Shown one piece after another: positions 43,482 through 52,213 of a stretch of 64,000 nt of DNA; position 1 is the stretch's first letter, and each line of letters opens with the position of its first letter. Position numbers and translations under genes: made by a program. The notes below the pieces were generated by a model that saw only the letters and a list, made by a program, of their open reading frames with translations, had not been told where the DNA came from and searched no databases. The stretch covers positions 7,551 to 71,550 of the forward strand of contig JAGXLO010000001.1 in the NCBI GenBank assembly GCA_018334695.1. The letters run 5' to 3'. The DNA comes from Candidatus Cloacimonadota bacterium (lineage in GTDB: Bacteria; Cloacimonadota; Cloacimonadia; JGIOTU-2).

Positions 43482-43837
43482 GGGGGTGACTGGTTTCGAC
43501 AGGGATCAAGTAGACTGGATAAGCATGTCGGTGAGATTACCTATCCCGTCATAGAATGGTGATGCTAAAAATTCAAGTGCAGATGAAAATCTTGCATTAG
43601 CTGCTTAATTAACAAGTAGCTCATTTGTTTAGTTGTTTCCATTTGCAACTCTACAAATGCCGTTTAAAATGGATATGATTCTGTGATATCTATAAGCAGA
43701 ATTGAATTTTCATAGGTTATACCAGGAAGAGCTTGTTTGTTATGCTATTCTGGAAGAAAAAAAACTAATAGACTAAACATGTAGAAATTCCTTTAGACGG
43801 ATCCCTGGACGCGGGTTCGACTCCCGCCACCTCCATT
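43482..43837 (+). ncRNA. ssrA: tmRNA (ssrA)
   Basis: The 5' end GGGGGUGACUGGUUUCGACAGGG and the 3' end GGACGCGGGUUCGACUCCCGCCACCUCCA form a tRNA-Ala-like acceptor/T-arm with a G3:U70 wobble and an encoded CCA. The internal tag ORF ...(A)KNSSADENLALAA ends with TAA at 43606-43608. Total ~356 nt. Confidence 0.9.
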
Positions 43838-43867
43838 TATTTAATAATTTTTTATACTCTCCTATTA

Positions 43868-45220
43868 TTATAGAAATAATGAAGCAATTGAAAAATATAA
43901 CAGCAAACCCAGTATATCTATAGACGTAGTAACAAATGGACCTGTTGCAACAGCAGGATCTACTTTGAATTTATCTAAAATAATCGGAGCAATTGTACCC
44001 ATAAATGCAGCTATCACCATTACAGAAAATATGCCCATACCAACTACTACCCCGACAACCGGAGTTGAAGGTGAAAAAAGCAAAGGTATTAAAATAGATA
44101 ATGCAAGCCCATAAGAAAGACCTAATAATAAACCAACTCTCAACTCTTTGAAAATAATTTTTCCCACATCTTTCACATTAACCCTACCGGTGGTTATTCC
44201 ACGGATTACGATTGTTGCTGATTGAGTTCCTATATTTCCTCCCATCCCTGCAATTATTGGCATAAATGCTGCTAGAACAACAAATTGATTTAGTAAACTG
44301 TCGAATGAACCAACTATAGTAGAAGCAATTAATCCTCCTATCCAGGTAGCAAATAGCCAGGGAAATCTTAACTTAGATTCTTGAAAAGTGCCTTTGAATA
44401 ATATTTCCCGATCTCTACCCGCACCTACCATCTGCAGAAAATCTTCAGTAGCTTCTTCTCTGATTACATCAATGATATCATCTACTGTAATGATACCAAG
44501 TAAGTGATTGTTATCATCTACTACAGGAATAGCTGTTAAATCATAACGACCAACTATACGTGCAACTTTTTCTTGATCTGTATCAGGTTTTACAGAGATA
44601 ATTTCTGTTTTCATTATATCCCTCAATTTAGCTATTGGTTTTGATGTTAACAATTCTCGTAAAGAGAGTACGCCAGTTAACCTGTCATTATTATCAACGA
44701 TATAAATATAGAAAATTAACTCCATATCTTCCTGCGCCTGTACTGTATTAATGGCAAGATCTACAGAATCTTCTTCATGCATTTTAAAAGGCAAAGTAAC
44801 CATCAAACCACCGGCAGATTCCGGAGGATATTTTAATAACTTATCAATTTCCCTGCTTTCATCTGAGTCCAACAAATTAATTACTTCCTCTTCAATTTCA
44901 TCGGGTAGTATTTCTAAAACATCGGCTTGATCATCCGACGGAAGTTCTAAAATAATTTCCTTTACTTTTTCAATATCATAGTTTTCTAACAGTTCATCAA
45001 ATATATCTTTATCAAGTTCGGTTATCAAGTCAGCTTTGTATTTATAATCATCAATATAATCAAATATTAGTTTTCTCTCGTGGTCAGTGAAAGAACGGAA
45101 AATAGCTGCCAAATCAGCTGGATGTGTTTTTTTTATCATCTTTTTTACTGAACTGACAGCATTACGTCTTAATAAGCGCCGAAAAGAAGTTACCAAAATC
45201 AAAAATTCTCTATCCAACAT
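43868..45220 (-). CDS. mgtE: magnesium transporter MgtE
   Basis: 450 aa with an N-terminal MgtE_N domain, tandem CBS domains, and a C-terminal 5-TM MgtE channel domain (GNIGTQSATIVIRG..., PFVTTSIDILGLLLYF). Confidence 0.85.
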   Translation of the reverse strand: MLDREFLILVTSFRRLLRRNAVSSVKKMIKKTHPADLAAIFRSFTDHERKLIFDYIDDYKYKADLITELDKDIFDELLENYDIEKVKEIILELPSDDQADVLEILPDEIEEEVINLLDSDESREIDKLLKYPPESAGGLMVTLPFKMHEEDSVDLAINTVQAQEDMELIFYIYIVDNNDRLTGVLSLRELLTSKPIAKLRDIMKTEIISVKPDTDQEKVARIVGRYDLTAIPVVDDNNHLLGIITVDDIIDVIREEATEDFLQMVGAGRDREILFKGTFQESKLRFPWLFATWIGGLIASTIVGSFDSLLNQFVVLAAFMPIIAGMGGNIGTQSATIVIRGITTGRVNVKDVGKIIFKELRVGLLLGLSYGLALSILIPLLFSPSTPVVGVVVGMGIFSVMVIAAFMGTIAPIILDKFKVDPAVATGPFVTTSIDILGLLLYFSIASLFL

Positions 45221-45448
45221 AATTATTCCTCTTCATTTATATCGTCTTTTTAATTTTTTTTAAAATCAAAAAAAAACTTATATAATTAGCAAAAAGTGGA
45301 TTTCATTTTTTTATGTCAACAAAAATAGGATTTTACAATTTAGTTTATATATGATTAAATACCTATAAGTGTATATGTAGAAAAAAGTTGCCTTTGATTA
45401 TCTGCATAACGATAATTTACACAAAGAATAACAAGGAAAAATATTATT

Positions 45449-45886
45449 ATGAAAAAATTATCATTTATGCTTTTTAGATCTGATAATTATGATGAATTAA
45501 TCAACTTATGGCAAAAAGCAGAGCTCCCCTATAAACCTAAAGGAAGGGATTCATTTAGTAATATCTCTAATCAAATCAAACAAAAAAATTGCGAGATAAT
45601 ATTTGCTAAGCTAAGCAAAAAAATTATAGGGTCGATATTAGTATCTCATGATGGGCGCAAAGGTTGGATAAACAGACTGGCTGTTTTACCGGAGTTCCGC
45701 AGACATGGTTTAGCCCAAAAACTAATAAAAGAAGCAGAAAATTGGTTGGAACAAGCAGGAATTAAAATCTTTGCCTGCCTGATCGAAGGCGGAAATAAAA
45801 ATTCGATGAGATTAATTGAAAAAGCAGGCTACAAAAATTTTGCAGGTATGCAATATTATACAAAAAGAAAATTTCCGGAAATTTAA
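45449..45886 (+). CDS. GNAT family N-acetyltransferase
   Basis: 145 aa with acetyl-CoA-binding motif A (RRHGLAQKLIKEAENW) and the typical GNAT fold length. Confidence 0.7.
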   Translation: MKKLSFMLFRSDNYDELINLWQKAELPYKPKGRDSFSNISNQIKQKNCEIIFAKLSKKIIGSILVSHDGRKGWINRLAVLPEFRRHGLAQKLIKEAENWLEQAGIKIFACLIEGGNKNSMRLIEKAGYKNFAGMQYYTKRKFPEI

Positions 45887-45938
45887 ATAATTGTAATTAA
45901 TATAATAGGCTACAAAAAGCTGTAAATTAATGTAAATT

Positions 45939-47411
45939 CTACTTTACAGAAGTAAAGAATTCCTTTGCTTTTTCTCTAAATTTATCCTTACCTGCAATTA
46001 ATTTAGTAGTAATTGGAGCCACTTTTTTTGCTTCATTCACAATAAAATTTGCCACTTCCCTTATCTCCCATTGAGCATGTTTATCCTGGCGCAATCTGGC
46101 AAAATTGCAAAGCTCACGAATATTTAATTTAAAAAGCACAGCTTTATGGTGGGCATTAGTTAAAACATAGTTTTTTACCTGCGGTATTTTGTCGGCAAAA
46201 ACAGTATAAACAGAATTTGTATAAGAAACTATATTATTAAAAATATTTTCTAAATCTGCATTTTTTATGGCGGTAGGTATAGTTACACCGTATTCAGGAC
46301 AATAATCAGAAGTTAGTACTGATGAAAGTCGATGCCGTTTTAGTTGTGCAAAGCAGGATGAGCTTATATTAAGTTGATATGTAAGATCTGCATATTCAAA
46401 AGAACGAGGTAATGGATCATAGCTTTCTATGTTTTGCAAATTTTTCTTCAGAAAATTTAATTTTTCATCATAATCCATATTTTCTAATTCAATTTTAAGA
46501 ATTTCATAAGATTCGCCCGTTTTACGAAACAACAGAGCAGCCAAAATATTAACATCGATATTGGGGGAATAATTTAATAATTTATTTTCTATTCCATCAT
46601 AAATTTTATTATTTTTGTTGCTAAAATTGTAAAGTCCCCTGTCATAAGAGGATGGTTCTACATAACGAATCAAGGAAGGAGTGCGATTTTTCGCCAGATG
46701 ATATAATTTATCGGCTAGTTCGGAAGCTTCTTTGAATTTTTGTGAATACAATCTTTTTAAAAGCCTTTCCAGACTCCTGGCATTTATAGTCATACCCATT
46801 TGAGTTTTTGTGGACAAAGAAAGGACATATCGGGCATCTTCTTTTGCTTTTGACTCCAGTTCCCGTCTGGATTTATTCTGCAGATTTTCATTTTTGTGAT
46901 TATAGTAATATATCAACTTATTATAAAGTTCAAAGTAAGCCTTATTCTGTTTTTCAATCAGCTCTAAAAATTGTTCTTTTAATTCTATACGCGCATCCAA
47001 TTCTATGGGTGTAACAAAATCACCATCAAGAGTAACATATCTCTGAGACTTTTCTGTATAAGAGGCAAGTCTTGTTCTCTGAACAAACTCGATTAAATAG
47101 CGCGAGATACCAATTATATCAAAATTGAAGACTGCATGTTCGGCAATAGAACTGTGCCCCATATCAAATACAATGTTTTTATTGGACTTACGAGCTCTGG
47201 TTACATTTTTTATGGCAATTTGTCTTAATACATCTACAGCTTTTTGGGAACGACTAATACGTGCATAAGCAGCTGAGATTGTCTCGGGAGTAAGTTCAAT
47301 TTTCTCCAATATTTTTTCAGCTTCGGTCAAATTACCACCATTACTAATTTGATTAAATAGCTTATCAAAAAGAGAAATATCTAGATTAAAACCGGCTAAA
47401 TTTACTTTCAT
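45939..47411 (-). CDS. thyX: flavin-dependent thymidylate synthase ThyX family, tandem-domain form
   Basis: The N-terminal half matches the ThyX core (AYARISRS; HSSIAEHAVFNFDIIGISRYLIEFVQRTRLASYTEKSQRY versus the canonical H.S.FEH..FTF.......RHR..S..E.S.RY). The downstream NARSL and RQDKHAQWEIRE blocks match ThyX too. A second, more divergent ThyX-like copy (KRHRLSSVLTSDY) fills the rest of the 490 aa. Confidence 0.65.
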   Translation of the reverse strand: MKVNLAGFNLDISLFDKLFNQISNGGNLTEAEKILEKIELTPETISAAYARISRSQKAVDVLRQIAIKNVTRARKSNKNIVFDMGHSSIAEHAVFNFDIIGISRYLIEFVQRTRLASYTEKSQRYVTLDGDFVTPIELDARIELKEQFLELIEKQNKAYFELYNKLIYYYNHKNENLQNKSRRELESKAKEDARYVLSLSTKTQMGMTINARSLERLLKRLYSQKFKEASELADKLYHLAKNRTPSLIRYVEPSSYDRGLYNFSNKNNKIYDGIENKLLNYSPNIDVNILAALLFRKTGESYEILKIELENMDYDEKLNFLKKNLQNIESYDPLPRSFEYADLTYQLNISSSCFAQLKRHRLSSVLTSDYCPEYGVTIPTAIKNADLENIFNNIVSYTNSVYTVFADKIPQVKNYVLTNAHHKAVLFKLNIRELCNFARLRQDKHAQWEIREVANFIVNEAKKVAPITTKLIAGKDKFREKAKEFFTSVK

Positions 47412-47418
47412 AATTAAT

Positions 47419-49197
47419 TTAGGATAGATTTAATTTCGCAAGTGTTTCAGCAGTTGGTTTTCCTTCGTTATCCCAACCACGTAATTCGTAATATTCATTC
47501 AGCATCTTATCTAATTCTACTACTCTGTTTCTGGAGGAACCGGTTTTTAATTTATCATTTAAAAAACGTTCAGGTAAAATATCGTCATCTCTTTTAAAAC
47601 CGGCCTCTACATTGAATTTGCGTTCCAGATTATATATTCGGGTTCCAATTTTCACAGCGTCATCTCCAGTTAAGTTAGAACCAGTTACCAGATTAACGAT
47701 TTTAGCAAAATTATCAATGCCAATTGCAAATTGTAAAAACCTACATAAGATAGTTGAATCCACAAAGGCTGATATATCCTGAAAGAGACTAACTATTCTT
47801 GCTTTTCCTGCTGTAGAAAATCTATTCAAATTAACAGGCTGACCCAGTATTTCCGGACCTATCATATAAGCTCTCATATGGCAGCCACCTCTATTAGATG
47901 TTGCATAAGCTAAGGCAAGACCCTGAGCACCACGCGGATCGTAAGCAGGTAATTCTAACCCTTTTACCTCCATAGCTAATTGTGGTTTTCCATATTTTTT
48001 AGCTAGTCTCTTAGCACCAAGAGAAAGTTCTTTACCAACTCCTTTTCTCAAACCAATTTTTTTGACCAGCTCCACAAGTCTATCAGCATCTCCCCATCTA
48101 ATATTGTCTGGAAAAAGTCCTTTTTCAGAAAGTTCCATAGCACATCCGATGGTGTTACCGGCTGAGATTGTATCAATTCCCATTTCATTGCAAATATAGT
48201 TAGCTTCCGTAACAGCCTTAAGGTCACTAATTCCTAATTGAGCTCCAAAAGCCCATACAGTTTCATACTCGGGACCTTCTCCTTTTTTATTATCCGTTTC
48301 TGTTGATCTGCCACAAGCAATCGGACATTTATAACAGGCACTCTGTTTTTTTAGAATATTTTCTGATATCTTCTGTCCACTTATACCCTCTGCATCATTA
48401 AAAACTCCTTTTTGAAAATTTTTAGTAGGAAACATTCCATGCTTATTTATGGTATCAACCAAAACAGAGGTACCCAGAGCAGGTAGCAATTTACCAGTAA
48501 CTGGATTTTTCTTTACCAATCTATTTAAAAAACTTTTGAAATTTTTTAGCTCTTCCGGATAGGCGATGGATGTTTTCTTAGTACCATATGCTACCAGTGC
48601 CTTTAAGTTTTTTGATCCCATTACAGCTCCCAAACCACCTCTGCCTGTAGCTCTATCTTTATCGTTCATAAGAGCTGCGAAGAGTACTTTGTTCTCACCT
48701 GCTTGCCCAATACAGGTAATACTTGCCTTGGGATTTACTTCTTGAGCTATGATATCTCTTGTTTCATGAGTGTTTTTTCCCCATATATTTGTTGCATCAC
48801 GTATTTCAACAGAGTCATCAGTAATATTAACATAGACCGGATTTTTTGCTTTTCCCACAAATATCAAACCGTCGAATCCTGCTTCCTTTAAACGCATACC
48901 GAATAATCCACCCGAGCTTGAATCGCAAATAGTATTTGTGAGCGGGGAACGAGAAATAACCTGGAATCTACCAGATGTAAGAACAGTTCCGGTTAAAGGA
49001 CCGGTCATAAATATTAATGGATTTTCAGCATCAAATGGTTTTATATTAGGGCTTGATAAATCAGTAAACAATTTTACACCAACTCCCCTACCTCCCAAAA
49101 AATTTTCTCGGGTACTATCAGTAAGCTCAATTTCTTCTTGTTCATTATTTGAAAGGTTAATTTTTAATATTTTATTCATCCAGCCAGCCATATTCAC
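47419..49197 (-). CDS. aor: aldehyde:ferredoxin oxidoreductase (tungsten-containing AOR family)
   Basis: 592 aa. The AOR N-terminal domain starts (G)WMNKILKINLSNNE, like YGxAGKILRVDLT in other family members. The [4Fe-4S]/pterin ligand cysteines sit in CYKCPIACGR, and the family length is conserved. Confidence 0.8.
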   Translation of the reverse strand: MNMAGWMNKILKINLSNNEQEEIELTDSTRENFLGGRGVGVKLFTDLSSPNIKPFDAENPLIFMTGPLTGTVLTSGRFQVISRSPLTNTICDSSSGGLFGMRLKEAGFDGLIFVGKAKNPVYVNITDDSVEIRDATNIWGKNTHETRDIIAQEVNPKASITCIGQAGENKVLFAALMNDKDRATGRGGLGAVMGSKNLKALVAYGTKKTSIAYPEELKNFKSFLNRLVKKNPVTGKLLPALGTSVLVDTINKHGMFPTKNFQKGVFNDAEGISGQKISENILKKQSACYKCPIACGRSTETDNKKGEGPEYETVWAFGAQLGISDLKAVTEANYICNEMGIDTISAGNTIGCAMELSEKGLFPDNIRWGDADRLVELVKKIGLRKGVGKELSLGAKRLAKKYGKPQLAMEVKGLELPAYDPRGAQGLALAYATSNRGGCHMRAYMIGPEILGQPVNLNRFSTAGKARIVSLFQDISAFVDSTILCRFLQFAIGIDNFAKIVNLVTGSNLTGDDAVKIGTRIYNLERKFNVEAGFKRDDDILPERFLNDKLKTGSSRNRVVELDKMLNEYYELRGWDNEGKPTAETLAKLNLS

Positions 49198-49200
49198 TCC

Positions 49201-50025
49201 TTATTCATAAAATTTATTATATTTATTCTTGTATTTACAGTTTGAGCATCTTTTTTTGTAATATTTGAATATTGATTTGGGGACTGAGGTAATGGAAACA
49301 TGTCTTGCGGGACAGATATGGCAAGGAATTTCCGGTTCAAGCCAGGCATCTTCGGCATATTTATACAGGGACAGACCTTCTAATATTGAGACTCCGGCGC
49401 TGGCTCCTATTCGGTTTGCACCAGCTTTGATTAGACGCCAGGTATCTTTAAAATTTTTAATACCACCAGCGGCTTTCACACCAATATTAGCTCCAACTGT
49501 TTCTCTCATAAGCTTTACATGTTCAGGCAAAGCACCAAAAGCTCCGAACCCGGTAGAAGTTTTTACAAATTTGGCTCCGGCAGAAACTGAGATTTCACAT
49601 CCTTTCACTATTTGTTCATTTGTAAGATAACAGTTCTCTAGTATTACTTTAACATGCGCAGGATAACTAGCTTCTACTACTTTTCTTATATCCCTTTCCA
49701 CATACTCATAATCACCTTCTCTGAGTAATCCATTATTTATTACCATATCTATTTCCCCGGCACCATCTTCCACTGCTTTTTTTGCTTCTGCAGCTTTTAC
49801 CTCTGTCTTATTTGCACCAAGAGGAAAACCTGCAACTACACAAACTTCTACGTTCGTATTTTTTAGTATATCACTAGCAAATTTTGTATGGCAGGAATTA
49901 ATGCATACTGAATAAAATCCAAAATTTACGGCATCTTCACAAAGTTTTTTTATTTTTTTCTTGCCCGATGAAGCTTTTAACTCGGTATGATCAATCATTT
50001 TTGCTAATTCTTTTCTGGTAATCAT
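49201..50025 (-). CDS. deoC: deoxyribose-phosphate aldolase with C-terminal Cys-rich (zinc-ribbon-like) extension
   Basis: DeoC motifs MIDHTELK, VCVVAGFPLGA and the Schiff-base lysine region KFVKTSTGF are present. A ~55-aa tail carrying CHICP...CSNCKYK follows the aldolase barrel, which is not standard for DeoC. Confidence 0.8.
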   Translation of the reverse strand: MITRKELAKMIDHTELKASSGKKKIKKLCEDAVNFGFYSVCINSCHTKFASDILKNTNVEVCVVAGFPLGANKTEVKAAEAKKAVEDGAGEIDMVINNGLLREGDYEYVERDIRKVVEASYPAHVKVILENCYLTNEQIVKGCEISVSAGAKFVKTSTGFGAFGALPEHVKLMRETVGANIGVKAAGGIKNFKDTWRLIKAGANRIGASAGVSILEGLSLYKYAEDAWLEPEIPCHICPARHVSITSVPKSIFKYYKKRCSNCKYKNKYNKFYE

Positions 50026-50043
50026 AAAAATCTCACCTATTAT

Positions 50044-51015
50044 TTATTTTTTATTTTTTTTATTTTTTATTCTAAAAAAACCTTTGCGTTTAGAGCGCTT
50101 CTTTGTCTTGGTTTTAATCTTTTTTTTCTTTTTACTCTTGCTTTTTTTAGATGAGCGTTTTTTTGTAAGATTATCCATATATTCTTCTAATGAAAGAGAA
50201 TGCCTTATATTATTCTCATCTTTAATTTCCACTGTGGAAGTCAAAAAATTATTTTTACAAACAGTCATCTTCTTATTTTTATAATAAACAGGGTCACCTA
50301 TTTCAGGAAAATTTTGAGCTCTTTTTTTATAGAACTCATTTTCAAAGGCAAGGCAGCACAGGGGCTGACCACAAACTCCTGTGATTTTGGTGTCGGGAGT
50401 ATTTACATTCTGCTGTTCCGCCATCTTCAAATTGCCAATATTCTTGGAGAGGTTCAATGATTTGCAGCATAATTCTCTGCCACATCTACCAAATCCACCT
50501 AGATATTTTAACTTTTGTCGTAGATTTATCTGCCGCAGCTCAATTCTTGTTCGAAACACTTTTGCCAGATCTTTTACAAAATTTCTAAAATCAACTCTTT
50601 TTTTTGCAGTAAAATAAAATGTTAATTTATTTCCATCAAATTGGTATTCTGTTTCAACCAGGCGCATTTTAAAGGGTTGCTTTTCTAGTAGTTCCTGGAA
50701 TTTTAATTTGGCTTCTTCCTCTTTCTGGCGGATACGTTTGAGTTTTATTAGGTCTTTTTCGTCAGCATTACGGATTATTTTAAAAATTTTGTATTGTTTT
50801 AAATTCAATTTGTCCGAATTAATGTAGTAATGCGAAACTCTTCCCATATCAGCACCTTTTTCAGCTTCAACAATAACATGTTCATCCATATGAAGAGGAA
50901 TATCTTTCGAATTTATATAATAGGCTCTTCTATCAAACTTAAACTTAACTTCTACTAATTTATCAATTTCTTTTTCTTTTGTTGTATTTTCTTCTGATTT
51001 GTTTTGTTTTTTCAT
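50044..51015 (-). CDS. ricT: PSP1/RicT (YaaT) family protein with polylysine C-terminal tail
   Basis: The N-terminal VEVKFKFDRRAYYINSKDIPLHMDEHVIVEAEKGADMGRVS matches the PSP1 C-terminal conserved domain of YaaT/RicT. Cys motifs GRCGRELCC and CGQPLCC match the Fe-S ligands of RicT. A ~40-aa K/R-rich tail follows. Confidence 0.65.
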   Translation of the reverse strand: MKKQNKSEENTTKEKEIDKLVEVKFKFDRRAYYINSKDIPLHMDEHVIVEAEKGADMGRVSHYYINSDKLNLKQYKIFKIIRNADEKDLIKLKRIRQKEEEAKLKFQELLEKQPFKMRLVETEYQFDGNKLTFYFTAKKRVDFRNFVKDLAKVFRTRIELRQINLRQKLKYLGGFGRCGRELCCKSLNLSKNIGNLKMAEQQNVNTPDTKITGVCGQPLCCLAFENEFYKKRAQNFPEIGDPVYYKNKKMTVCKNNFLTSTVEIKDENNIRHSLSLEEYMDNLTKKRSSKKSKSKKKKKIKTKTKKRSKRKGFFRIKNKKNKK

Positions 51016-52213
51016 ATATACTTCTCAATAATTCTGCTTCATTATTAGTTAATTCTAGATTTCTTCGATTTTTTACTTTCCTGGCAGTCTCGATCATCTT
51101 ATAAACTGTTTGATGGGTTCTGCGATCTCCTTCACCCAAGCTAAAGGATGGAATAAATCCTTTAAAGAGTTCGGAACCAAAAAGATTGCATCCAATGCCG
51201 ACTACAGAGCCGGTATTAAACATTGTATTTATGCCGGTTTTCGTGTGATCTCCCATTAGCAATCCGAAAAATTGCATATTAGTGGAAATTAAATTGTCTT
51301 CTGTATAAGAATATGCTTTTATGTGCTCGTAGTTATTCTTTAAATCACTATTGTTTGTATCTGCACCGATATTAACCCATTCCCCCAGATAAGCATGTCC
51401 AAGGAATCCATCATGTTGCTTATTGGAATATGCCTGGATTATAGTTTCTTCCACTTCACCACCCACTTTGCAAACCTTACCTATGCTTGTTCCTTCATAT
51501 ATTTTTGCACTTGCTTTAATTTTACTGTTCTTACCAATATACGCAGGTCCCTTAATAACAGCATTAGCCATGATTTTGGCATTATCGTCAATAATAATCG
51601 GACCTGCAATGGCATCCAGATATACTCCGGGTTCCACCTTTACCTCAGCGCCGAAAAAGATATTTTTATCAGTATTAGCAAAATAATATGAAACCGGAGA
51701 AAAATAATTCTTTTTCTTTATATAACTAAAAGTAGAGAATTCATTTTTAATTTCAGAAGCGTTAGATTCAATCAGTTCCCAGGTATATTGATAAGGTTTG
51801 TTATCAACGGTTTTCTTTTTGAGAGTGCTATATAGGCCGGAAATTTTAGTTGAATCAAGGCTTTGTTTCTGCTCAATATTTTTTCTAAAAGCAAGACACG
51901 TATCGTTATAGAAGATCGCTTCATTGTCTTTAAGATTATTTATAGTATTAATTAATTCGGAGTTGAGCCGGGAAGTAGCATTAACAAAAATATGTTTCCC
52001 CGGTTCAAGCACATTTACTTTTTTATTTGGAAATCTGTCAGTATATACTGCTTCTAATTCTGGTCTTAGCAAGTAAGTAACATTATAGTTTTTGAAGGCA
52101 ATTTCAATTTTTTGTTTTAGCTTAAATATACCAGTTCTGAGGTCAAAAACCGGTCTTGTATAAGCAATAGGTAAGAAGTTCTTCCAATTTTTATCTTCAA
52201 AAATGTAGAGCAT
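50963..52213 (-). CDS. GlmU-like sugar-nucleotidyltransferase / left-handed beta-helix (hexapeptide) protein
   Basis: 416 aa. The N-terminus MLYIFEDKNWKNFLPIAYTRPVFDLRTG resembles nucleotidyltransferase-type GlmU-like proteins. The C-terminal half carries hexapeptide repeats (GEWVNIGADTNNSDLKNN; MGDHTKTGINTMFNTGSVVG). It overlaps ricT by 53 nt. Confidence 0.5.
   Translation of the reverse strand: MLYIFEDKNWKNFLPIAYTRPVFDLRTGIFKLKQKIEIAFKNYNVTYLLRPELEAVYTDRFPNKKVNVLEPGKHIFVNATSRLNSELINTINNLKDNEAIFYNDTCLAFRKNIEQKQSLDSTKISGLYSTLKKKTVDNKPYQYTWELIESNASEIKNEFSTFSYIKKKNYFSPVSYYFANTDKNIFFGAEVKVEPGVYLDAIAGPIIIDDNAKIMANAVIKGPAYIGKNSKIKASAKIYEGTSIGKVCKVGGEVEETIIQAYSNKQHDGFLGHAYLGEWVNIGADTNNSDLKNNYEHIKAYSYTEDNLISTNMQFFGLLMGDHTKTGINTMFNTGSVVGIGCNLFGSELFKGFIPSFSLGEGDRRTHQTVYKMIETARKVKNRRNLELTNNEAELLRSIYEKTKQIRRKYNKRKRN

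Noticed and set aside
43263-43867. Possible genomic island integrated at the tRNA-Thr/tmRNA locus
   Set aside because: No integrase, direct repeat of the tRNA 3' end, or compositional shift is present. mgtE begins 30 bp after ssrA, and the large coiled-coil gene ends 17 bp before the tRNA.
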